Assembly: GCA_046704725.1 (NCBI GenBank)
Contig: JBJKRI010000006.1
Coordinates: forward strand, 32,001 to 96,000
Direction: 5' to 3'
DNA from: Candidatus Woesearchaeota archaeon
GTDB taxonomy: Archaea; Nanobdellota; Nanobdellia; Woesearchaeales; SKIA01
Length of the DNA: 64,000 nt
In this document: positions 28,103 to 37,493 of the stretch, piece by piece
Numbering within the stretch: the stretch's first letter is position 1
Layout of the letters: each line of letters opens with the position of its first letter
Made by a program: the position numbers and the translations under genes
The notes under the pieces: generated by a model
Seen by the model: only the letters and a program-made list of their open reading frames with translations
What the model was told of the DNA's origin: nothing
The model's database searches: none

Positions 28103-30418
28103 ATGGCCACTGTCCTGCGACGGCTCCGTGATTGGTTCTTGCACGCGAACACGCTCCAGAAGGCGTTCTTCATCCTCGCGACCGCGGCGGTGCTCATCGT
28201 CATCGCCGAGACGGTCTTCTTCCTCGTGATCGGCTACCAGAGCCTGCAGACCGGGCTGACGATATACCTCTCTCCGGACGCGCAGACGTTGAGCGTCGCG
28301 CACGGGCAGAACACGACGCTCTCGTTCAGCCTCGGAGCGCGCGACGCGCCCTTGTGCGTGGCGACCTGCGACTGGCGCGTGACGGACCTGACGACACGAA
28401 CGACAGTCAGGCACGGGACGCTCACGCCAAGAAGCAACCCGCAGACCCTCGGCACGACGATCGGGGCGCGCGGTAACAGCACCGGGACCGACGCGTACCA
28501 GATCGTCGTGGAGTGCCGCAACACGCAGGCGCTGCGCTGCCAACGCAAGAACGAGACGCAGGACGCGTCCGCGACGGTGCTCGTCACCACCACCTACAGC
28601 CCAGCGGAGAGAGCGGCCGCGGACGCCTACGCAATGAAAGCTCCCGGAGCGTTCGCGAACATGGCGAAGGACGCCGGAGCCTTGCTGCCCGTCACACACG
28701 TGAACGACCCGCGGGCGGCCACGGTCCGCGCCGACGCGGAGCGCCAGGCAGCCATGATCAGCGCATTGGCGGAGAACATCACCGCCGCCGTGCGCGCAGA
28801 CGATCCCGTCACCGCAGAACGGCTCCTCACGGAAGGGACTTCCGTGGACGCGGCGAGCGCGTACGAAAGACTGGTGGTCGAGGAGCGCAACGCGACAAGG
28901 CCCTATGACGAACTGCTCGCCCGCAACGACACCATCGCCGGACTGCTCGCGGCGGGCGACGCACCGACAGGGGCGCTCGCAACGGCACGCACGGCCTGGG
29001 GAGACTTCCCCGACGCGTCGCCCGCGAGCTCGGCGGAAGCGTTCTCCGGAGCGCTGCGCGCCGTCGACGCCGCGAACCAGACACCGAGCATCCTGCTCGC
29101 CGACCAGGGGAGCGCGCTCCTGCGCGGGGATCTCCTCGCGGCGTGCACGCTCAAGAGCACGACGTGTCCCGCTTCGATGCAGAACGTCACCGACGCGGCC
29201 CAGGCCGCGCAGAGGCTGCGCAGCGTCTGCGACGCCCTCTCATCGCTCGGCGCCACGTACTCCGCAGCTCAAGCGGCTTTCGCCCGACAGCTCGTCCCCA
29301 ACGCCACGCTCCAAGAAGCGCTCAACGCGACGGGCGCGCAAGCCCTTCGGCAATCGGCGGGATGGAACGCGACGCAAGCGGCGATCATACGGCAAGCGAG
29401 GAGAGGCGTTCTCTCCACGACGAACGACACCGTCCGTCTCGCCGTGGAGCTCGCTCCCAGCGACAACGCCACGGCGTTCCTCGCCGACTCGTGCCCCGTA
29501 CCGGACACGCACCTCCCGCCGCCGCTCACGCCGACGCTGCAGCCCGCCACGCCGATCCCTGTGTCGTTCACCGCACCAACGCTTCCTAGCGCACAATGCT
29601 GCGGCGTCGACGCGTGCGGGATATGCGCCGCATCAACGACGTACCCCGTCCTGCTCGTGCACGGGCACGCGTTCAGCGAGGACGCCGCCCCGGAGTACAG
29701 CATGGAGGCGTTCACGCCCTTCGCGCTGGCCATGCAGGGGACCGGACGTTTGTACGTGGGCAACGTGTTCCCCAGCGACACGCCCACCAGCGGACCGTAC
29801 AGCACCATCCCGGGCGGCGTGTCCGCCACGACGACCTACTACTACGACAGCTACGCCGAACAGGGCAAGACCGTGCTCGTCGCGCAGAAGACCGAGAACA
29901 TCGAGACGTACGCAATCCGGCTCAAGCAAGCCATCGACAACCTCAAGGCGGAGACGGGACAACCGAAGGTCGTGCTCGTCGCGCACAGCATGGGCGGATT
30001 GGTGGCGCGCAGCTACCTCGACATCTTCGGCTCGGATAGCGTCGCGGGACTCGTCATGATCGGGACGCCGAACCACGGCATCAACGGGACGGCGGCGCAG
30101 GTCTGTCCGATCGTCGGTGGGCAGGCGGAGTGCAGCGAGATGCTGCAGGGCAGCCTGTTCCTGCGCAAGCTCAACAGCGACCCGCAGCCCCACATACCGA
30201 TGCTCACCGTCACCGGCACGGGCTGCGACGGCAGGGCGTACGACGGGGTGGTCGAGGCGTCGAGCGTCTCCCTGCCCGGCGTCCCCGATAGCGTCGTGCA
30301 CGGCGCGTGCCACGGCACGCACCTCCTGCACACCGCGCTCATCGACCCGTCGCAGCATCCAGAGGTGCTGCATGTAGTGGAATCCTTCGTGGAGAACGTA
30401 TCGCATGCGCAGCGCTGA
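28103..30418 (+). CDS. Membrane-anchored protein with C-terminal alpha/beta hydrolase (lipase-like)
   Basis: N-terminal TM; LLVHGH, AHSMGG nucleophile elbow, GTPNHG, DGVV, LLH. Confidence 0.9.
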   Translation: MATVLRRLRDWFLHANTLQKAFFILATAAVLIVIAETVFFLVIGYQSLQTGLTIYLSPDAQTLSVAHGQNTTLSFSLGARDAPLCVATCDWRVTDLTTRTTVRHGTLTPRSNPQTLGTTIGARGNSTGTDAYQIVVECRNTQALRCQRKNETQDASATVLVTTTYSPAERAAADAYAMKAPGAFANMAKDAGALLPVTHVNDPRAATVRADAERQAAMISALAENITAAVRADDPVTAERLLTEGTSVDAASAYERLVVEERNATRPYDELLARNDTIAGLLAAGDAPTGALATARTAWGDFPDASPASSAEAFSGALRAVDAANQTPSILLADQGSALLRGDLLAACTLKSTTCPASMQNVTDAAQAAQRLRSVCDALSSLGATYSAAQAAFARQLVPNATLQEALNATGAQALRQSAGWNATQAAIIRQARRGVLSTTNDTVRLAVELAPSDNATAFLADSCPVPDTHLPPPLTPTLQPATPIPVSFTAPTLPSAQCCGVDACGICAASTTYPVLLVHGHAFSEDAAPEYSMEAFTPFALAMQGTGRLYVGNVFPSDTPTSGPYSTIPGGVSATTTYYYDSYAEQGKTVLVAQKTENIETYAIRLKQAIDNLKAETGQPKVVLVAHSMGGLVARSYLDIFGSDSVAGLVMIGTPNHGINGTAAQVCPIVGGQAECSEMLQGSLFLRKLNSDPQPHIPMLTVTGTGCDGRAYDGVVEASSVSLPGVPDSVVHGACHGTHLLHTALIDPSQHPEVLHVVESFVENVSHAQR

Positions 30419-30434
30419 AACGGGTGCCGACGGC

Positions 30435-31163
30435 ATGCGTATCGACTACTGCGAGGAGTACCCCACGAGCGAGAACCTCTCGAGAGCCGCGGGACTGCCC
30501 CAAGGGACTGTCGTGTTCCTCGCCGCGCAGACGGAGCGGGAGTTCCGGTCCGCGGCGGAGGTATTGCGCAACCACGCGCCGGGCGCGGTGGCGGGCTGGT
30601 GGCCGATCCTGCCCGAGAGCTACTGGGTCTCTTCTTGGAGCGGACCAGAAGAACTGGAAGCGCTCGCGCGGGCGCTCGATTGGATGCCGCGCACGCACAT
30701 CCTCATCGACGCGGAACTGCCCTTCGTGCGTCCGAGACGGTTCATCATCGGATTGCCGCAGCAGCGTCGCGCGCGAAAGGCATTGCGAAAGCTCCACGAC
30801 GCGTCCAATCGGCACGACACCGTCTTCGCGACCTACCCGGTCATGCCGGGCTGGGCCAAGCGTCTGTTCGGCGTGCCGACTCCAGGGACCCCGTTGTTCA
30901 TGCACTACACGAGCATGATGCCCGCGTGGTTGGCACGAGTCTCCGAGCGTTCATTGCGTCGCAGGAAGAGGAAGGATGCCATCGTCATCGGGCTTGGCAC
31001 ACTCTCTCCGGGCGTGTTCGGCAAAGAACCGACGCTCCCGCCGGAGCGATTGTCACACGACCTCGATTTCTGCCGGGGGATCGGCTGTCGCCGCGTCGTG
31101 CTCTACCGGCTCGGCGGGCTCACGAGCGCGCACCGCGCGGTCCTCCGAACGAAAACCACTTAA
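30435..31163 (+). CDS. Hypothetical protein (possible TIM-barrel)
   Basis: YWVS, LIDAE, IGLGT, LYRLGGL beta/alpha alternation; follows the hydrolase. Confidence 0.7.
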   Translation: MRIDYCEEYPTSENLSRAAGLPQGTVVFLAAQTEREFRSAAEVLRNHAPGAVAGWWPILPESYWVSSWSGPEELEALARALDWMPRTHILIDAELPFVRPRRFIIGLPQQRRARKALRKLHDASNRHDTVFATYPVMPGWAKRLFGVPTPGTPLFMHYTSMMPAWLARVSERSLRRRKRKDAIVIGLGTLSPGVFGKEPTLPPERLSHDLDFCRGIGCRRVVLYRLGGLTSAHRAVLRTKTT

Positions 31164-31185
31164 CCGACCGGTGTTGTGGAAGCGC

Positions 31186-31401
31186 ATGCAGGGGTTGATT
31201 GAGGAGCTGGACCGGCTGCCCAAGGCGACGCAGGACCACATCCTCTTGTGGCTGTCGGCAGAACCCCTCACGGATCCGGAGTACAAGGAATTCAAGAAGA
31301 TGAGACGGGCGATGACCCCCGCGCTCTACCGCAAGCTCGACAGCGTGCTCAGCGCCCGGCTCGTAAGGGCACGAAGCGGAAGCCGGAATGCTTCTCGATG
31401 A
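31186..31401 (+). CDS. Small hypothetical protein
   Basis: Helical, protein-like 71 aa; TTAA box upstream; overlaps the pcm 3' end. Confidence 0.5.
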   Translation: MQGLIEELDRLPKATQDHILLWLSAEPLTDPEYKEFKKMRRAMTPALYRKLDSVLSARLVRARSGSRNASR

Positions 31402-31969
31402 GGATATCGTCTTCCGATCGTTTCTCGACACGCCAGACCGCGTCCTGTACGGGTATGACCATGACCCCGCCCGTGCGGAGCTGCCCGACGAGTTCCTGGG
31501 GAAGCTCGTTCGCAGCGGCGCTCACGAGGATACGATGGTAGGGCGCTCCCGCCGGATAGCCCAGCACGCCGTCGGCGGGGATGATGCGCGCATCACCCTC
31601 ATCATAGGTCTCGAGGTTCGCGCGCCCGAACTCGACGAGAGAGGGTTCGCGCTCCACGCCGACCACGCCTCCCTCCGGACCGACGATGTCGCTGAGCAGC
31701 GCCGTCGTCCATCCGCTCCCGCTACCCACGTCGAGCACGTGCTCTCCGGGCAACGGCGCGAGGAGTTCGAGCATGATCGCGACGGTGTGCGGCTGGCTGA
31801 TGGTCTGTCCGGCGCCGATGGGAAGCGGCTGGTCGAGATACGCGAAGCGCTTGTCCTCTGGCCGCACGAAGCCCGCGCGGTCGACCCTCCGGAACGCGTT
31901 GACGATGCGTTCGGTCCGGAGCGATCCTTCCGCGACGAGTCCTTGCACGAGCGTCTCGTTCGTCTCCAT
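31349..31969 (-). CDS. pcm: Protein-L-isoaspartate O-methyltransferase
   Basis: AYLDQPLPIG..QTISQPH, LDVGSGSGW, APYHRILVSAA, FRFVPL. Confidence 0.95.
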   Translation of the reverse strand: METNETLVQGLVAEGSLRTERIVNAFRRVDRAGFVRPEDKRFAYLDQPLPIGAGQTISQPHTVAIMLELLAPLPGEHVLDVGSGSGWTTALLSDIVGPEGGVVGVEREPSLVEFGRANLETYDEGDARIIPADGVLGYPAGAPYHRILVSAAANELPQELVGQLRTGGVMVIPVQDAVWRVEKRSEDDILIEKHSGFRFVPLRAGR

Positions 31970-32048
31970 GCTCCGGGACATGTCTTCGTGGCATAAAAAT
32001 GGACGGGGAAATGCAAAATGCCTTAAACCAGGGGCTCGGCGGGATTGT

Positions 32049-32669
32049 ATGGAACTCGCTGACTGGCTGTCGCCGACCGTGCTCGAAGCCGATTTTCTCG
32101 AGCGCGAGCGGGAGCGATATGCTGCGGCTGAGCCGTTCCCCCACGCGAACATCCAACAAGTCCTGCGCGACGATCGACTGCATGAGCTCGAGGACGCCCT
32201 CGCGACACAGGAGTTCGTCCACAAGGAGTCCGACCTGTTCAGCTTCGCGCAGACCGACGACCTGGGAGGGATGGAGCAGCCGGTGCTCAAGGAGTTCGTA
32301 TCCTTCCTCAACAGCGAGGAGTTCCGCTACTGGATTGCGCAGCTCACAGGCGTGTCCACGACGCCGGGGAGGCTCGATTGCTTCGGGGCGATCTACCAGG
32401 ACACGGACTACCTATTGTGCCACGACGACCGACTCGCCGACAGGAAGGTCGCGTTCATCATCTATCTCACGACGCTCGAGGACGAGGAAGGCGGGGCGCT
32501 CGCATTGTTCACCGACAACGACGGTCATCCGGGCACGCGCGTGACGGCGTACCCGCCCGTGCGCAACAGCATGTCATTGTTCACGGTGTCGGACAAGAGC
32601 TGGCACGAGGTCGAGGAGGTCACAGAAGAGACCTATCGCGTGACCGTCGGGGGGTGGCTTTGTGGATAG
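32049..32669 (+). CDS. 2OG-Fe(II) oxygenase resembling the OGFOD1/Tpa1 catalytic N-terminal domain
   Basis: PFPH, SDLFSFAQTDDL, LLCHDD..RKVAFIIYL, GGALAL, SWHEVEEV, RVTVGGW (HxD..H..R intact). Confidence 0.9.
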   Translation: MELADWLSPTVLEADFLERERERYAAAEPFPHANIQQVLRDDRLHELEDALATQEFVHKESDLFSFAQTDDLGGMEQPVLKEFVSFLNSEEFRYWIAQLTGVSTTPGRLDCFGAIYQDTDYLLCHDDRLADRKVAFIIYLTTLEDEEGGALALFTDNDGHPGTRVTAYPPVRNSMSLFTVSDKSWHEVEEVTEETYRVTVGGWLCG

Positions 32670-33210
32670 CATCAACCCTGCGTATCGCGGACAAGAAAAA
32701 GCCGTGGGGGAGCAGCTCTCGCAGGGCTACGTGCTCTTGGACGATGCGCTCTTGCGGGAAGCGCGGGACTCTCTGAATGAAGCGCTCGAGGATGCGCAGT
32801 GGACTGCGCAGTACTCGCCCGACCTGCATCGCTACGAGGAGACGGACCCATCTGTCGCCAATGACATCGTCGAGCAATTGCTCGCGTACTTCTCGCGGGC
32901 GATCGGCGAGAAAAACGTGCTCGACGTCAAGGTACGCCGATATTCTGTGGGCAGCTACACCTTGCAGCACGACGAGCAAAAACCGGCGGGCCTCCACGTG
33001 ACGCTGTTCTTGTGCGACGGCTGGGAAGCGGGGTATCGCGGGGAGCACACCTTCGTGCCTGAGAAGGGCGATCCCTTGTTGGTGCTGCCCAAGGACGGCT
33101 CTGTGATCGCGGTGAGTGTGCCCGAGGGCACGCGCCGCTTCGTCAAGCGCGTCACGCACCTCGCAGGGGAGGATGAATACGTCTCCGTCGAGTTCGTGTT
33201 GACGGACTGA
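32662..33210 (+). CDS. Inactive oxygenase-fold protein resembling the OGFOD1/Ofd1 C-terminal domain
   Basis: RRYSVGSYTLQHD, WEAGYRG, RRFVKRVTHLA; distal His absent; GTG overlaps the upstream stop. Confidence 0.8.
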   Translation: MDSINPAYRGQEKAVGEQLSQGYVLLDDALLREARDSLNEALEDAQWTAQYSPDLHRYEETDPSVANDIVEQLLAYFSRAIGEKNVLDVKVRRYSVGSYTLQHDEQKPAGLHVTLFLCDGWEAGYRGEHTFVPEKGDPLLVLPKDGSVIAVSVPEGTRRFVKRVTHLAGEDEYVSVEFVLTD

Positions 33211-33248
33211 CCGCTGCGTTTATAAACAGGATATTTTCCCCAACAGGC

Positions 33249-33665
33249 ATGGATGCACTGCGCGCTGCTAAATCACCCATCGCGGGGACCGGCTGCTTCG
33301 CTAACAAGTCCTTCAAGAAAGGACAGGTCGTTGGGGAGTACACCGGAGAGATCATCGACGACGACGAGGCCGACAGCCGCTACGGCGACGAGGAGATGAC
33401 CTACCTATTCGACATCGGTCGCGGACGCTACATCGACGGGGACACGGACGACAATCCCGTCAAGTACATCAACCACTCGTGCGACCCGAACTGCGAGTCG
33501 GAGCAGGACGGCAAGCGCATCTTCATCGTCGCGCTGCGCGATATCAAGAAGGGAGAGGAGCTCACCTACGACTACCACCTCCAGGTCGAGGAGGACGACG
33601 AGGACCCCTACACCTGCCGCTGCGGCGCCAGGGAGTGCCGGGGCACGATGCGCGCGGCGAGCTAG
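33249..33665 (+). CDS. SET-domain protein-lysine methyltransferase with post-SET
   Basis: SPIAGTGCFA, EYTGE, KYINHSCDPN, EELTYDY, CRCGARECRG. Confidence 0.95.
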   Translation: MDALRAAKSPIAGTGCFANKSFKKGQVVGEYTGEIIDDDEADSRYGDEEMTYLFDIGRGRYIDGDTDDNPVKYINHSCDPNCESEQDGKRIFIVALRDIKKGEELTYDYHLQVEEDDEDPYTCRCGARECRGTMRAAS

Positions 33666-33755
33666 CCGTACACGCAGACAGCCACGCGAACAGTTACCTC
33701 TCTACAGTGGGTATTAATGCAATAGTATTTAAGTCAGAACCGTTTCGCGGGCACC

Positions 33756-34532
33756 ATGCGCTGGACGGATGAGTACCTCAGAGAGCTTGTCAAGCGAAAG
33801 GAAGAGAACGAGAACGCGAGCGACATCGCGCGTGCGCTCCAGAAGATATCCGGTGAGCATTGCAGCGTGTCCTCGGTGAACTCCCGTTATTCTGTGCTTC
33901 GTCACAAGGAACACGAGCTGTACCAGAAGCTGCTCAGCACGGTCCAGGAGTCGCAATACCAGGATCCGCTCGCGCAGCGGCTCGCGCAATTCGAACGTCA
34001 ACAACTGCTGCCGTTCCTAGAGGAGCGCAACCAGATCATCAAAGGAGAGCTCAGGCGTCAGGCAGAAGCGCTACGCAACATCGACACGTACGAGCGTTTC
34101 CGAGGCATGAGCTTCGAGGATCTCCAAAAGCTCGAAGACAACGTCCGCCAAGAGGCGATCACGCTCCTGAGCAACGGAAAGAGCGTACAGGACGTCCAGC
34201 ATCTGGACCTCATCCTCACGACCGAGGACGAAGGGAGAATGGATGATATCGCCGTCACGCTCCCATTGTTCGTCCTCGACGGCAGGGTGGTGGAGCGCGG
34301 AGTACGCTTCGCGCTCAACGCGAGCGTGGTGCATGCTGTCCGGAAAGCAGGGTATGGCGGCCAAGCCACTCGAGAAGGGGAGCTCACGAAATACAGGTTC
34401 ACCGGAGGCTCGTTGGATCCCGGCGATTTCGCCACGCAGGTCACGTCCGCGCTGCACCGCGTGTACAAGCCGATGCAAGGAGTCCACGTACACATCGAAT
34501 CACCGAACGTCATCCGCCTGCACGGAAAATGA
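33756..34532 (+). CDS. Hypothetical protein with N-terminal GcrA/Myb-like HTH
   Basis: MRWTDE..L....NASDIARAL....SVSSVNSRY. Confidence 0.7.
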   Translation: MRWTDEYLRELVKRKEENENASDIARALQKISGEHCSVSSVNSRYSVLRHKEHELYQKLLSTVQESQYQDPLAQRLAQFERQQLLPFLEERNQIIKGELRRQAEALRNIDTYERFRGMSFEDLQKLEDNVRQEAITLLSNGKSVQDVQHLDLILTTEDEGRMDDIAVTLPLFVLDGRVVERGVRFALNASVVHAVRKAGYGGQATREGELTKYRFTGGSLDPGDFATQVTSALHRVYKPMQGVHVHIESPNVIRLHGK

Positions 34533-36277
34533 GACCCGAAGAGCTGAGCGTCACGGAATTCATGGAATATTGCCTCCGAGAGGGCATTCCTCCCATAGAG
34601 ACGCTCTCGAGGGATACCCTCAGTTCGAAAACGACGCCCTCGACCGAGACGGCTGAGGACGCACCCACGATCAAAGAACTTGTCGTACGCACGCTCGACG
34701 AGGTACGTACGTCAGGGAAATCAATCACGCTGGACACGCTGTGCGACCTCATCGCGGTCGATATGCAGAAAGCCCCTGCCCCGGACAGCAACACACCCCT
34801 CAAGGGACTGGTGGCAGACGCGCTCTACGAATACGCGAGCGAAGCGAAGACTGCAGGCCTTCACGAACGGACGGCGAAGAGGAACCAATTGCAGAACCCG
34901 GTGGCCGCCGAGGAGCTGGAGGGACTACTCCACGTGCGTATCGACGACCTGGGAGCGCGTCGTATCGTCGGTGAGCTTTCTGCACAAGTCATCCAGGAGG
35001 CATACCCCATCCATGACGGGAAGTTCCAGGACGAGGACGGGAACAGCTACAACATCGAAGGAGCCATCAATTGGGACCGCGCAGGCAAGCGCACGGCGCG
35101 CGAGCGGTTGGTCGCCTATGCGGAACAAGACGTGCTCGCGCCTCTGCAGGAGGAACACGCCCAGAGGATCGCTGAACTCGAGAAGCAGCGAGAGAAGCTC
35201 AAGGAACGAGCGTCGATCCCCCGGAAGAACAATCATACGATAATCTTGAGCGGCGAGCGGGGACCGCTGATGACCCTCGACCATCGATTCGTGAAAGGCT
35301 TCTTGTACGAGCAGAACACCGAGGGCATAACCATCGACCCGTCCATCAACGAGCGACGAATCGAGGTGGAATGCGAGACCGAAACGGATCGCCAGAGGTT
35401 CCTCGCTATGTGGGAGGAGTTCTCGGGCAGGAACAATTTCTGCCAGGCGATCTCTATGTCCTCACGTACCGAAGGGCATGGGAATCGACGCAAACGCCTG
35501 CTGAACAATGTACAGCTGATCGAGGAACAGCTCAAGATATTCCGTACCGAGACGATCGACATCGAATATTGCGGGCTCGAAGGACCCCACTTCGCGAGCT
35601 ATCTCTCGTTGCGTGATGCCGCGGCAAGACGGGGGATCGGCATCCACACAACGGCCGTGGAGTATGATCGTCGACTCGCGAACATCATGGAGAGCATCGT
35701 CGAGACGAATCCGGATGGACTTTTCAGCGACGTCGACGTGCTCTGGGGGAACATAGACAAATACCTGCTCGCCGACCGTCTCTTGCCAGAATCGCTCCAT
35801 CTCTCGGGGCGGGCAGGCGACTACACCGTCATGAGCGGGAACGACAGCATCCGGCTACAGAGGCTCTATGACCTGGCGGACGGCGAGAGCCTCAGCACAC
35901 AGCACGCGAGCGCGAGCTTCGGCGTCTCGCCGGCGTTCGTGGAGATGGTGCGTGAACGGTCGACCAGACCGTTCGACATTCTCTTCCTCGATTACATCGG
36001 GCCGTTCTCGAGGAAACGCCTGCAAACGCTGGAGACCGTGATGCAACGTCACGTCAACGACAGGGCTGTTATCGGCGCGACCTACAATGCCGCGAAAGCG
36101 AAGAACCCGCTCCAGATCGACGAGTGGTCCGCCCGCATGCTCGAGCACGTCTGGCAACTGGCGGAGAAGAACGAACTCGAGATACAGAATATCGACTCCC
36201 ACGAATATCAGGACGGATGGGCTCCGATGTTCTTCCTCGTCTATTCCCTCCGCAGGAAGAAGGGCGATCAGTCCTGA
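34529..36277 (+). CDS. Multidomain protein with C-terminal class I SAM-methyltransferase-like fold
   Basis: YCGLEG, AVEYD, LWGNID, FDILFLDYIGP; ATGA overlap with the upstream gene. Confidence 0.7.
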   Translation: MRPEELSVTEFMEYCLREGIPPIETLSRDTLSSKTTPSTETAEDAPTIKELVVRTLDEVRTSGKSITLDTLCDLIAVDMQKAPAPDSNTPLKGLVADALYEYASEAKTAGLHERTAKRNQLQNPVAAEELEGLLHVRIDDLGARRIVGELSAQVIQEAYPIHDGKFQDEDGNSYNIEGAINWDRAGKRTARERLVAYAEQDVLAPLQEEHAQRIAELEKQREKLKERASIPRKNNHTIILSGERGPLMTLDHRFVKGFLYEQNTEGITIDPSINERRIEVECETETDRQRFLAMWEEFSGRNNFCQAISMSSRTEGHGNRRKRLLNNVQLIEEQLKIFRTETIDIEYCGLEGPHFASYLSLRDAAARRGIGIHTTAVEYDRRLANIMESIVETNPDGLFSDVDVLWGNIDKYLLADRLLPESLHLSGRAGDYTVMSGNDSIRLQRLYDLADGESLSTQHASASFGVSPAFVEMVRERSTRPFDILFLDYIGPFSRKRLQTLETVMQRHVNDRAVIGATYNAAKAKNPLQIDEWSARMLEHVWQLAEKNELEIQNIDSHEYQDGWAPMFFLVYSLRRKKGDQS

Positions 36278-36744
36278 TCGTACGTGCCGCGGGTCACGTT
36301 CGCGATGAACGCTGCCACAGAACGCTTCGGGATGCCTCGCAGCTCCCGGTCGGAATAGATGTGCGAGTAATCGGGTTTGCTCGCATCGTAGGGGGTTCCC
36401 TGTTCATAGAGCTCGATAATCCGCTCACGCACCCAATCAGGATGGTCGCGGGCCGGATGGTTGCCGCTACGCGGTCGATGGTTCTTGTGCACTCCCGCAT
36501 CGGCGAGGCCTTCCTCCTCCAGGAGATACGCAAGACGCTTCCGACCTTCCGGCGAAAGCCGTTCGGGAAGCACGCTCACCACGCCTGAGCTCCCGCCGTA
36601 CGCTGCGAGGGCCTGATCCGTTTTGCGGGTGCCCACCGCTCGCTCGCCACGGAGCTGGGCCTTCGTGATCCCGAGCGACGAGGTGATCGCGCTGTCGCTG
36701 CGTCCTTCAAGGTCCATCCGCATGACGTCTTGCCACCGTGCCAT
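36268..36744 (-). CDS. Protein with two HTH-like segments
   Basis: EGRSDSAITSSLGITKAQL and RIIELYEQG..KRSVAAFIANVTRGTY; TATA ~25 nt upstream of ATG 36744. Confidence 0.7.
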   Translation of the reverse strand: MARWQDVMRMDLEGRSDSAITSSLGITKAQLRGERAVGTRKTDQALAAYGGSSGVVSVLPERLSPEGRKRLAYLLEEEGLADAGVHKNHRPRSGNHPARDHPDWVRERIIELYEQGTPYDASKPDYSHIYSDRELRGIPKRSVAAFIANVTRGTYDQD

Positions 36745-36794
36745 CCAATAGGTGAGGAGATATCCATATATAAGTACTACTGTCAAATAGGTAC

Positions 36795-37442
36795 TTATTT
36801 GCGCTTCCTTGTGGCCGCAGGCAACCACGCCCGGCACAAGCGCAGCAATTCATCCGTGTCCGAGGCGATCATGGACGGACGCGCTTCCAAGAGCAGTTCG
36901 GCGTCCTGCATCCCCCAGGTGACCGCGCAGCTCGCGATATGGGCGCGGCGCGCGGCATGGATGTCACGCGTCTCATCGCAGACATAGAGCATCCGGTCGG
37001 GACGCAGCTTCCTGTCCCTGAGAAGGCGCTTGAACGTGCGGTTCTTGGTGAAGAAGCCCCCGTGCAGGACCTCGACGAAGAGCGAGCGCAAGCGTGCCTT
37101 CTTGAGGACGCGTTCGATGAGCTCGACGTGGTTGCTGCTCACGACCGCGAGGTCAGCGCGCTTTTCAAGGCGACGCAGCGCCGCTGGAATGCCTTTGTGG
37201 AATGCGACATGCGACTCGTTATCGCCGAAAGCAGCACGCCATTCACTCAGCAGGCCGGGCGCGCGCCAGAACGGGACGCCCAGCTCCTTGAGGAGCTTTC
37301 GCGTGGAGAGCGTGCGGACAGCCTTGGCCTCGGCCATGCCGCGATAGCCGTGGCGCTTGGCCACGTCGTTGAGCGCGTCGATGAGGGCGTCGACGCTGTC
37401 GGCGAGGGTGCCGTCGAAGTCGAAGACGATCAATGGACGCAT
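36795..37442 (-). CDS. HAD-family hydrolase (phosphoglycolate phosphatase-like)
   Basis: VFDFDGTLADS, SSN, K, DETRD, VTWG. Confidence 0.93.
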   Translation of the reverse strand: MRPLIVFDFDGTLADSVDALIDALNDVAKRHGYRGMAEAKAVRTLSTRKLLKELGVPFWRAPGLLSEWRAAFGDNESHVAFHKGIPAALRRLEKRADLAVVSSNHVELIERVLKKARLRSLFVEVLHGGFFTKNRTFKRLLRDRKLRPDRMLYVCDETRDIHAARRAHIASCAVTWGMQDAELLLEARPSMIASDTDELLRLCRAWLPAATRKRK

Positions 37443-37493
37443 GGCTTGTCCTGAAAGAATGGTTTTATAAACGCGCGTGTTCGGCGAGAAAGG

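Noticed and set aside
32640-32669. Programmed frameshift fusing the two OGFOD1-like genes
   Set aside because: Gene 2 has its own SD-like GGGGGTG and a GTG overlapping the stop, and no canonical slippery site; reads at the G6 run should still be checked
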